Source of the DNA: Planctomycetota bacterium
GTDB lineage: Bacteria; Planctomycetota; Planctomycetia; Pirellulales; Thermoguttaceae
Direction of reading: 5' to 3'
Length of the DNA stretch: 39,352 nucleotides
NCBI GenBank assembly: GCA_025356915.1
Contig: JANXQG010000689.1
Coordinates: forward strand, 1 to 39,352
Numbering within the stretch: position 1 is the stretch's first letter; the number at the start of each line of letters is the position of its first letter. This document shows positions 24,825 through 31,877 of the stretch, piece after piece. The notes below the pieces were generated by a model that saw only the letters and a list, made by a program, of their open reading frames with translations, made no database searches and was not told the origin of the DNA. Made by a program: the position numbers and the translations under genes.

Positions 24825-25676
24825 TTATTTCCCACAATAGTCGATCGTACAGGCAATTTCGCTCTGCAAGTCGCAGCGGTGAACGATGCGGTCGACGAAG
24901 CCATGCTCCAGCAGAAACTCGCTCGTCTGAAAGCCTTTGGGCAGTTCGATGCGGATCGTGGCCTTGATGGTCCGCGGGCCAGCGAAGCCGATCAGAGCCT
25001 TAGGCTCGGCAAAAATCACGTCGCCCAGGGAGGCGAAGCTGGCTGCCACGCCACCCATCGTGGGGTTCGTGAGTACGGAGATAAACAATCCGCCAGCCGT
25101 GTCGAATCGCGCCAGAGCGGCTGAGACCTTGGCCATTTGCATCAGCGAGAGCATGCCTTCGTGCATGCGAGCACCACCGCCGGAACCGGATACGATGATC
25201 AGCGGCAGATGTTGCTGCGTGGCCCGCTCGATGCATCGTGTAAGCTTCTCACCAACCACGCTGCCCATGCTGCCCATAATGAAAGCCGAGTCGGTCACAC
25301 TGAAGGCCACGCGGCGGGCGCGGATCATACCCGTGCCACTCAGTGCGGCATCCTTCAGCCCGGTGCGCTTCTGTTCGTCTTTGAGCTTCTGGCTGTAGGG
25401 GGCTTTGTCGACGAATTCCAGCGGGTCGGTCGGCTCCAGGTCGGCATCCCACTCCTCGAAAGTACCTTCATCGAAGAGTTGCTGGATCCGCTTCCGTGCC
25501 GAGACATACCAGTGGTAATCGCACTCGGGGCAGACACCCAACCGCTTTTCAGCTTCTTTGCGAAAGATGGTTGCCTCGCAGCCGGGACAACGCATCCACA
25601 ATCCTTCAGGAACGCCCCGTTTGGGGCGATTCATGACGTTTTTCCAACTATTGGCATCGGGCAAATTGTGAGTCAT
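24825..25676 (-). CDS. accD: Acetyl-CoA carboxylase carboxyltransferase beta subunit
   Basis: N-terminal Zn ribbon [16 protein letters not shown]. Also [25 protein letters not shown], and GFAGPRTIK. Confidence 0.93.
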   Translation of the reverse strand: MTHNLPDANSWKNVMNRPKRGVPEGLWMRCPGCEATIFRKEAEKRLGVCPECDYHWYVSARKRIQQLFDEGTFEEWDADLEPTDPLEFVDKAPYSQKLKDEQKRTGLKDAALSGTGMIRARRVAFSVTDSAFIMGSMGSVVGEKLTRCIERATQQHLPLIIVSGSGGGARMHEGMLSLMQMAKVSAALARFDTAGGLFISVLTNPTMGGVAASFASLGDVIFAEPKALIGFAGPRTIKATIRIELPKGFQTSEFLLEHGFVDRIVHRCDLQSEIACTIDYCGK

Positions 25677-26263
25677 TTTATATAACTTAATACGGGAACT
25701 TGCGCCGGTTCCATGTCGAGTACTTCCCAGCTACCGTGGCCGGAAAGGGCCTTCCACAGGTCGCCCAGGTCGTCGTTCTTGAGGTGCCAGCGAACGACGC
25801 TGGCCAGCGGTTCGGGGACCACCAAACCGATCACCCCATCCTTATGACGACGCAGGAGTTTATTCATGGCCGTGCGGATTCGCTGCTCGGCCTGTTCGAT
25901 CATTTCGCCGTCGGGCGGACAGACGTTTTCCGGCTGCTCCTGCCATTGGCGATAAACCTTGGGCTGATTGTGGCGGAATTCGCTCACTTGCATGCCTTGC
26001 CACAGACCTAGGTTGAGGTTCTGCATGCGGTCGAGCTTCTTCAATCGCGCATTGATATCCTTCGACAAAATCTCCGCGCTCTGAATGGCCGACTCGCACG
26101 GCGAAGCATAGATCACTTCAATCCGCTTGTCGCGCAATTGATCGACGGCGCGAGCCACTTCCATCAAGCCCTGGCGGTTCAGCGGGATGTCCAAGGTGCC
26201 TTGAATCCGTTCTTCGCAATCGTAATCCGTCGCCCCCGGACGGATGAGCACAATGCGCAGCAT
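25673..26263 (-). CDS. Histidine-phosphatase (phosphoglycerate-mutase-like) superfamily protein lacking the catalytic histidines
   Basis: From [32 protein letters not shown].. (ATG 26263). The fold-level pattern matches GpmB-like proteins, but RHGET is RPGAT and the C-terminal ..SHG.. position reads ..VVPEP.. ATGA overlap with the accD start. Confidence 0.7.
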   Translation of the reverse strand: MLRIVLIRPGATDYDCEERIQGTLDIPLNRQGLMEVARAVDQLRDKRIEVIYASPCESAIQSAEILSKDINARLKKLDRMQNLNLGLWQGMQVSEFRHNQPKVYRQWQEQPENVCPPDGEMIEQAEQRIRTAMNKLLRRHKDGVIGLVVPEPLASVVRWHLKNDDLGDLWKALSGHGSWEVLDMEPAQVPVLSYIK

Positions 26264-26271
26264 ATTCAAAC

Positions 26272-26973
26272 CTAAATGTTTTTGTGAGTAAGTGCCAGGC
26301 TGCGGAATTCTTCCATCGCCTGGCGGTAATCGTGCCGTCCAAAGAGGGCCGAACCCGTGACAAACATGTCGGCGCCAGCTTCGGCACAAAGCCCGATCGT
26401 ATGGTCGTTGATGCCCCCATCGACCGAAAGCAGCAAATCGTTTCCGCCCACTGCGGCACGCAAATGCCGCAGGCGATCGAGGGCCTGTAAATCAAATTCC
26501 TGTCCGCCATACCCGGCCATCACGCTCATCACCAGCACGAGGTCGGCATCGCAAAGATAGCACTCGACGGCCTCGATCGGCGTGGGTGGATTGAACGAAA
26601 GTCCGGCGATTGCCCCGAGACGACGGATTTCCCTCAGCAGCGGTCGCGGATCGTCGACCGTTTCAATGTGGATCGTCAGCAAGTCGGCACCCGCCTTGCG
26701 GAACCGCTCCAGGTAGCGGCCCGGTTCGGAAATCATCAGGTGGACATCCAGCGGCAGGTGGGTCGAACGGCGGATGGCCTCGATCACGAGAAAACCGAAA
26801 CTGATATTGGGCACAAAATGCCCATCCATGATATCCAGATGCAATATCTGGGCACCAGCCTCTTCCAAGCGTCGAATTTCTTGCTCCAAGTGAGCAAAAT
26901 CGGCAGCTAGCAGCGACGGCACGATCACGGGGGCCGCCGACCTGAGCTTAGCGATGATTTCCTTTGCCGCCAT
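26272..26973 (-). CDS. rpe: Ribulose-phosphate 3-epimerase
   Basis: ..PSLLAADFAHLEQEI..LHLDIMDGHFVPNISFG..LDVHLMI..MSVMAGYGGQEF..VDGGIN.. The start at MAAKEII (ATG 26973) is preferred over the track start at 27006. Confidence 0.92.
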   Translation of the reverse strand: MAAKEIIAKLRSAAPVIVPSLLAADFAHLEQEIRRLEEAGAQILHLDIMDGHFVPNISFGFLVIEAIRRSTHLPLDVHLMISEPGRYLERFRKAGADLLTIHIETVDDPRPLLREIRRLGAIAGLSFNPPTPIEAVECYLCDADLVLVMSVMAGYGGQEFDLQALDRLRHLRAAVGGNDLLLSVDGGINDHTIGLCAEAGADMFVTGSALFGRHDYRQAMEEFRSLALTHKNI

Positions 26974-27143
26974 GTAACGGTTTCCTGCATTCTCAAAACA
27001 ACGCACGCACGATCAATTTTACCAAGCCGGACGGCGTGCGTCTGCGCGTTCTTGAAAAGCATGCGTAACAAATTGCAGTATATATACTTACAACACAATG
27101 CCGAATCCTGGCTCGTCCGGTTCTGAGTGCGGAATGTGAATAA

Positions 27144-27878
27144 TTACTGCCGATCGAGTTCCTCGCTCTGGGGTAAATCGGCCAGGGTCTGTAGGCCAAA
27201 GAGTTGCAAAAAACGGTCGGTGGTAAAATACTGCACCATTTGCCGTTTGCCGGGCAACCGCTCAATCCGCAGCAAACCACGATGGACCAGTTGCGAAAGC
27301 ACCGGGCCGCTTGGTTTTCCGCGGACCGCGCCGATCTGCTCGGCGGAGAGCGGCTGCTGATAGGCCACGACGGCCAGCACGTCGATCGCCGCCTGCGAAA
27401 GCCGAGCCTCGCGGATGCGGCTGTAGAACAGTTCACGTAGCGGATGAAACGGCTTGCGCAAGGTGATGCGGTAGCCGTCGGAATTTTCAGCTACGAAGTA
27501 AGGGCAGCCGTTTTGCGTGTAACGCCGATTTAGTTCTTCGATCAACCCTCCGATCTCACATGGTTCGACGCCGCGCATCAATTCGGCGGCACGGCCGGCG
27601 GTCAACGGACGGCTATCGCGATCACCGACGAAGAGCATGGCCTCCAGGATCCCCAGCAGCGTAAGTGGGCCGGGGTCGTCGCCTATCGACTTATCGACCC
27701 CTACGGCCGGTTCGTGCAGCGACATCGGCTGTAGTTCGTCAGCCTCCGTGGTGGTTTTGCCCACCGGCGGCTGCAACTCTTCCCGAGCACGGCCATGGGG
27801 CGGCACACCCATCACTTGGGCGAACGCCTGAGCAAGCTCGTCCAGCGAAATGGGATCCTGGTCGGGTATATCTGTCAT
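27144..27878 (-). CDS. scpB: Segregation and condensation protein B (SMC-ScpAB kleisin partner)
   Basis: ..LEAMLFVGDRDSRPLTAGRAAELM..., ..LSQAAIDVLAVVAYQQPLSAEQIGAVRG..SGPVLSQLVHRGLL.. (two winged-helix repeats). It carries a ~70-aa N-terminal extension. Confidence 0.85.
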   Translation of the reverse strand: MTDIPDQDPISLDELAQAFAQVMGVPPHGRAREELQPPVGKTTTEADELQPMSLHEPAVGVDKSIGDDPGPLTLLGILEAMLFVGDRDSRPLTAGRAAELMRGVEPCEIGGLIEELNRRYTQNGCPYFVAENSDGYRITLRKPFHPLRELFYSRIREARLSQAAIDVLAVVAYQQPLSAEQIGAVRGKPSGPVLSQLVHRGLLRIERLPGKRQMVQYFTTDRFLQLFGLQTLADLPQSEELDRQ

Positions 27879-27885
27879 GGGATTA

Positions 27886-27956
27886 AATGACGAAGCTCAA
27901 ATGACGAATGACGAAAGGGTTTGCTCTGCTTCTTCGTCATTCGTCATTCGTCATTC
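27886..27956. repeat. Heptamer-repeat palindrome ((A)ATGACG arrays facing TCGTCAT x3)
   Basis: AATGACGAAGCTCAAATGACGAATGACGAAAGG (27886-27918) faces CTTCTTCGTCATTCGTCATTCGTCATTC (27929-27956). It lies between the epimerase-like stop and the scpB start (both minus strand). Confidence 0.7.
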
Positions 27957-27958
27957 TC

Positions 27959-28810
27959 TTATTTCCACCTCTTCGCTACTTCCTGCTTCATGAACTTCAG
28001 CCCATCGGTGGCCAATTGCCGCTCGCTTTCGTACATCCGCCGCCAGATCTTGGTGGCGGCTGCGATCTTGTCCAGTGCGAGACCAAATGCCTCGATAACC
28101 ATCAGGTTGTTGTAGCCGATCTCATGCAGCGTGTCGAAGTTTTCCGCCCAGCGAATGTTGCCGGTCCCAGGCGTGCTGCGGTCGTTCTCGGAAATGTGGA
28201 CGTGGGAGATACAGTCTTTTAATGCACGGATGGCTGCGGGAGTATTCTTTTCTTCGATGTGCGAATGGAACGTGTCGTACATCATCTTGCAACGCGGATG
28301 CCCCACGTCGCGACAGAATCTCGCCCCGTCGGCTGCGGTATTCAACAGATAGCACTCGAAGCGGTTGAGGTACTCGAGACCCAAAGTGATGTTGACCTTC
28401 TCGGCGTGCTCGGCAACTTGCCGCATGCCATCGGTACCCCATCGCCATTCGTCGGCAGTCGGCCCCGCGCCAGAAAAATGGCCCAAGGCCGAATGGTACG
28501 GCCCGGCCAGTACCTCGCACCCGGCAGCCGCTGCACAGTCTAGCGCCGCCTTATTGCCGTCGATGCCCTTGCATCGCTCGGCCGCGTCAGGGCTGATCGG
28601 ATTGTTGCCCGGTAGACGGATGGTCACGCCAGTCCGTGCGAGGCCAAGATCATTCAGTCGCTTGCCCCACAGAGCATACTTCGCGACGTCGTATTCAAAG
28701 ATCGGAATCTCCACGACGTCGTAGCCAATCTTCTTGATCTCCTCCAGCACGGGTAGGATCGAGTCTTCCAGCGTATCGCACCACAGCAGCAAATTGAGTC
28801 CAAATCGCAC
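27959..28810 (-). CDS. Sugar phosphate isomerase/epimerase, ketose 3-epimerase-like (xylose-isomerase-like TIM barrel)
   Basis: ..GLEYLNRFECYLLNT.., ..MYDTFHSHIEE.., ..HVHISENDRSTPGTG.., ..MVIEAF.. match the metal-ligand pattern of the D-psicose/D-tagatose 3-epimerase family. The likely start is GTG 28810, 7 nt after AGGAG. The track start at 28873 lies in a REP. Confidence 0.75.
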   Translation of the reverse strand: MRFGLNLLLWCDTLEDSILPVLEEIKKIGYDVVEIPIFEYDVAKYALWGKRLNDLGLARTGVTIRLPGNNPISPDAAERCKGIDGNKAALDCAAAAGCEVLAGPYHSALGHFSGAGPTADEWRWGTDGMRQVAEHAEKVNITLGLEYLNRFECYLLNTAADGARFCRDVGHPRCKMMYDTFHSHIEEKNTPAAIRALKDCISHVHISENDRSTPGTGNIRWAENFDTLHEIGYNNLMVIEAFGLALDKIAAATKIWRRMYESERQLATDGLKFMKQEVAKRWK

Positions 28811-28847
28811 GGTACATCTCCTAAGTAGTAAAGGGTCAACGACAAAT

Positions 28848-28884
28848 GTAGGTGTAAAGTGGGTTGAGCGCACTGAGTCCCACC
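28848..28884 (+). repeat. REP-like element, family-B-related
   Basis: GTAGGTGTAAAGTGGGTTGAGCGCACTGAGTCCCACC. It shares the GTAGG head and the GTGGG..GAGCGCA..CCCACC core. Confidence 0.5.
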
Positions 28885-28906
28885 ATGTATTCTGTGTAAA
28901 AAAGTT

Positions 28907-29149
28907 CTATTGATCCGATTTTTGATCCTCGGAACTTGAAAAGATTCCAAGAACAAAGAAGTAAATGCCGGCAGGCAAGGCCAGGGCGCACACAATTCCG
29001 TCGAAAATTGCTTCCGGCACGACCTTTTCACGATGCGGCAGAAAGGTCAGCACATCGGGTGGAAGGAATTGTGCTAGGAGTATCGCGCCGGCGGCGAGGC
29101 CCAGGGCCAGAAGGCCGGCACCGATGCCAAATTTATCGTCAGTTGACAT
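28907..29149 (-). CDS. Small hypothetical membrane protein (2 predicted TM)
   Basis: 80 aa: ..GIGAGLLALGLAAGAILLAQFL.. and ..IVCALALPAGIYFFVLGIF.. Flanked by REPs, so a coding status is only moderately supported. Confidence 0.4.
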   Translation of the reverse strand: MSTDDKFGIGAGLLALGLAAGAILLAQFLPPDVLTFLPHREKVVPEAIFDGIVCALALPAGIYFFVLGIFSSSEDQKSDQ

Positions 29150-29166
29150 AGTTTTGCCTTGTAATT

Positions 29167-29199
29167 GTAGGGTAGGACGAGCGCAGCGAGCCCCACCAT
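29167..29199 (+). repeat. REP-like element, family B
   Basis: GTAGGGTAGGACGAGCGCAGCGAGCCCCACCAT followed by TTTTT. Near-identical to 7513-7544. Confidence 0.7.
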
Positions 29200-29255
29200 T
29201 TTTCCAGCAACCTTCATAGTACGACTATACTGCTCACGGTTGAGACTGACACTAA

Positions 29256-29305
29256 CCCGAAGCGCGAGCGAGGTTGCTAAGTCGTTGCCTCGCTTGCGCT
29301 TCGGG
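29256..29305. repeat. 18-bp-stem palindrome CCCGAAGCGCGAGCGAGG ... CCTCGCTTGCGCTTCGGG
   Basis: 17/18 complementary (the single mismatch pairs as G-U on the + strand), with a 14-nt loop. Confidence 0.65.
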
Positions 29306-29326
29306 CTGGTATGGATTGGGACAATC

Positions 29327-29998
29327 TCAACCGCGGACAGTATACTTTACTGGAATTCCTTCCAACAACTCATGCTGGCGGCGGCGGACCAACTGCCGGG
29401 CGGCAGGTAATAATTCCTGTACCCCCTCTGGCAGAGAGGCAAAGCCGACGCGCCGCATGACTTGATTCATCCTAAGTAACAGTTTGTCATCTCGGCCGTA
29501 ATCCCACAAGATACGCTCCCGACAAAAAAGGAAAATCATGGGAGCTAGGCGGTCGGTGTTGCGGACGGCGATGCGGTTGACCGTCTCCTGGACCACCCCT
29601 GGATCGACCGATTCCAGGGCATGGTAATAGGTCTCCAACCCCCCAGGGTTATCTTCCGCCAGGGTCCAGTCCAGCAACACCTCGACTAGTACATGGCAGA
29701 GAAAACTGGGGCGGAAACCGCTGTCCGCCGGAAGCATGGGACGGACCGCTGCGGAAAGTTCCAGTGTAGTCTCGGCGAAAGCCCGGGTCTTGTGAAACAG
29801 CGAATCGTCGCGGAAATGTTGCAACAGCCCCCGAGCGACTGCCGAAATTTCGTAATTGGGGTGGGCAGCCAGCGGTTCCACGTTTTTTACCCTCACCCGT
29901 ACACCGCGATCGACGACCGCGAGCCAATCGGGCACGGCCGTCCCAGCCACAACGTAGGGATCGGCGAGGAACGGCAGGGCGTGGGAAAAGTAGTTCAT
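29327..29998 (-). CDS. Hypothetical protein, possibly ACP phosphodiesterase (AcpH)-like
   Basis: From MNYFSHALPFLADPY.. (ATG 29998). It resembles the AcpH MNFLAHLHL start and has later ..LLQHFRDDSLFH.. and ..HVLVEVLLDWTL.. The similarity was judged by eye only. Confidence 0.45.
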   Translation of the reverse strand: MNYFSHALPFLADPYVVAGTAVPDWLAVVDRGVRVRVKNVEPLAAHPNYEISAVARGLLQHFRDDSLFHKTRAFAETTLELSAAVRPMLPADSGFRPSFLCHVLVEVLLDWTLAEDNPGGLETYYHALESVDPGVVQETVNRIAVRNTDRLAPMIFLFCRERILWDYGRDDKLLLRMNQVMRRVGFASLPEGVQELLPAARQLVRRRQHELLEGIPVKYTVRG

Positions 29999-30196
29999 GC
30001 GATGAGTGATGGGAAATTGATTTCCATGCACACCGCCGATTTTACCACAGGACACTAGTCAATCAAGGGGTAGAAGAGAAGGTAGGAGAGAAGGACCCGT
30101 GCATGGACCAGGAACCAGGAGAAGGCGTTGCGGGATCTCAAAAACTTTCATAAACTTACCATGGTATATTCTGGACAGTGGTAAGGAGAAGAGTCC

Positions 30197-31147
30197 GTGA
30201 GCGACTACGACAGTCCTTGGAAAGAGGCTTTGGACGTCTTCTTCGAGGCGTTTCTGGAGTTATTCATACCCGAAGCCCACGCCGACATCGATTGGAGCCG
30301 GCAGTGCGAGTCCCTTGATAAAGAGCTTCAGCAGATCACGCCCGACGCCGAATCTGGGCGACGGTACGTCGACAAACTCGTCAAAGTCTGGCTGAAGAGT
30401 GGTGAAGAGCAGTGGGTGCTGGTCCATATCGAGGTGCAAGCTTCGGAGGACACAAAATTTGCTTGGCGGATGTATATCTACAACTGCCGGTTGTTCGACA
30501 AGTATAATAGAGAGGTGGCCAGTTTTGCCGTTCTGGGCGACGACAACCCTCATTGGCGACCGGACCGCTTTGGCTACCGCCGCTGGGGCGTAAAGGCCGA
30601 GCTCCAATTCCCAGTCGTGAAGCTTCTGGATTACGTGGCTAGGCGGCAGGAACTGGAGCAAAGCACGAATCCTTTTGCCACCGTGATTTTGGCCCACTTA
30701 GACACGTTGGAAACCCGCAAAGACCAGGGCGAGCGGAAGGACCGAAAGTTCCGATTGATTAAGGGATTGGTCGATCGGGGTTGGAGCGAAAAACAGATTT
30801 CGCAGTTGTTTCGCCTGATCGATTGGATGATGGATCTTCCGAAACCTTTGGAAAAAGCATTTTGGGATCAAGTCAAGCAGTTTAAGGAGGAAAAGCAGAT
30901 GCCTTTTATCACCACACCCGAACGCTATGGACGGGAAGAAGGACTCAGCCAAGGACTCAGCCAAGGACTCAGCCAGGGACTGATCCGGGGTATCGAGATT
31001 GTTTTGAAGGTCAAGTTCGGCGAAGCGGGGCTTCGTTTGTTGCCTGAGATCCGGAAAATCGAGGACAAGGACCAATTGGAAGCAATCTTGGACGCTATCG
31101 AATCGGGGGCTAACCTGGAAGATCTGAGCCAAACTTGGGCTGTTTGA
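30197..31147 (+). CDS. Rpn-family recombination-promoting nuclease / putative transposase (PD-(D/E)XK, YhgA-like) with a DUF4351-like C-terminus
   Basis: GTG start 8 nt after AAGGAG. The DSPWKEALDVFFEAFLELFIP.. N-terminus and ..YVDKLVKVWL..WVLVHIEVQ.. (D..E.Q nuclease core) are typical of this family. C-terminal ..LRLLPEIRKIEDKDQLEAILDAI.. Confidence 0.75.
   Translation: MSDYDSPWKEALDVFFEAFLELFIPEAHADIDWSRQCESLDKELQQITPDAESGRRYVDKLVKVWLKSGEEQWVLVHIEVQASEDTKFAWRMYIYNCRLFDKYNREVASFAVLGDDNPHWRPDRFGYRRWGVKAELQFPVVKLLDYVARRQELEQSTNPFATVILAHLDTLETRKDQGERKDRKFRLIKGLVDRGWSEKQISQLFRLIDWMMDLPKPLEKAFWDQVKQFKEEKQMPFITTPERYGREEGLSQGLSQGLSQGLIRGIEIVLKVKFGEAGLRLLPEIRKIEDKDQLEAILDAIESGANLEDLSQTWAV
30941..30976 (+). 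repeat. 12-bp tandem repeat x3 inside the Rpn-family gene (encodes GLSQ x3)
   Basis: ggactcagccaa ggactcagccaa ggactcagccag. Confidence 0.9.
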
Positions 31148-31302
31148 GGTGAAAGAATTAGCCACAGAGGACACAGAGACCCCAGAGAGAACTGGCATCC
31201 CATTATCCCCCCATCCGCGTACATCTGCGTTATCCGCGGTCAATATCCCCCCGCCCGTTCTTCTATGGTTCGATGGTTCCCGATGGTTCCGGGACCGGTT
31301 CC

Positions 31303-31690
31303 GGGACACGAACCGATTATGGGTGTTTGAGTAACTTCGACGGACGACCTGCCTTCTGTGGGCGCAGGATACGACCTACGACTCGTTCCAGCCGATCCAC
31401 AAACGTCGCATTTCCCAACGGACAGCCGGTGCGAACGTGTTCTCGAAATTCCCGCAACTCTTCTTCCCGAATCGCACTGTCCAACAGTCCTCGCCAATTG
31501 GCCACCCTTGCCAGCATGGGAGCCGCACGTACCAATTGGTCGTCGCGGCCCGACAGGTGCGCTCTTGCACTGCTCCACGGCCAATCGGCGGGCACCAAAC
31601 CTGCGCACCGGCACAACTAGCCTTGCTAACCTTGGCATTTTGGGAATCTATCGAATCTTCCCCAAAGTGTCAATTATCGGTTCGTGTCCC
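31303..31690. mobile_element. Y1-transposase remnant bracketed by 18-19-bp inverted repeats
   Basis: GGGACACGAACCGATTAT (31303-31320) versus AATTATCGGTTCGTGTCCC (31672-31690). 15 contiguous complementary bp, 17/18 overall. The right copy is itself part of the hairpin GGTTCGTG-tcc-CACGAACC (31679-31697). Confidence 0.6.
31317..31638 (-). pseudogene. IS200/RAYT-like (COG1943, HUH Y1) transposase remnant: internal deletion plus frameshift
   Basis: ATG 31638 gives MPRLARLVVPVR.., a typical N-terminus for this family. The frame then breaks. The TTG-started ORF 31317..31616 encodes only the C-terminal region (A)GLVPADWPWSSARAHLSGRDDQLV..IREEELREFREHVRTGCPLGNATFVDRLERVVGRILRPQKAGRP. The ~130-aa HUH/Tyr catalytic core is missing. 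Confidence 0.7.
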
Positions 31691-31768
31691 ACGAACCCCC
31701 CGCTGGCATCCCTTCGGGATGGTGAAAAACGTGTTCGGCGTGGGTCTCCTAACCCCGCCGAAACGTCG

Positions 31769-31805
31769 GACCGAAAGTCTCCAAGTGAAAGGGAGACCTT
31801 CGGTC
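31769..31805. repeat. Palindrome GACCGAAAGTCTCC ... GGAGACCTTCGGTC within a repeat-rich spacer
   Basis: 13/14 complementary. The surrounding 31700-31840 contains further GGTCTCC/GGAGACC copies and the CATCCC-ttcg-GGATG hairpin. Confidence 0.5.
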
Positions 31806-31843
31806 GGCGGCGTGGCTCGGTCGGAGACCGGCCACAACAACCC

Positions 31844-31863
31844 GAACGCCCCAGTGGGCGTTC
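31844..31863 (-). terminator. Hairpin GAACGCCC-cagt-GGGCGTTC downstream of the nifJ/DHOD-like operon
   Basis: Perfect 8-bp stem, 15 nt past the stop at 31878. GGGTTGTTGTGG follows on the minus strand (weak U-tract). Confidence 0.4.
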
Positions 31864-31877
31864 CTCTCGGCCGTAGC

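Noticed and set aside
27041-27100. The AT-rich palindrome GTATATATAC upstream of rpe as a promoter or operator
   Set aside because: I could not align a convincing -35/-10 pair with proper spacing on the minus strand. It is left unannotated.
27886-31000. Short tandem or interspersed repeats (heptamer arrays at 27886-27956; the 12-bp x3 repeat at 30941-30976) as a CRISPR array
   Set aside because: The repeat units are far too short, with no repeat-spacer periodicity of 25-40-bp units and no cas genes. One of them is in-frame coding sequence.
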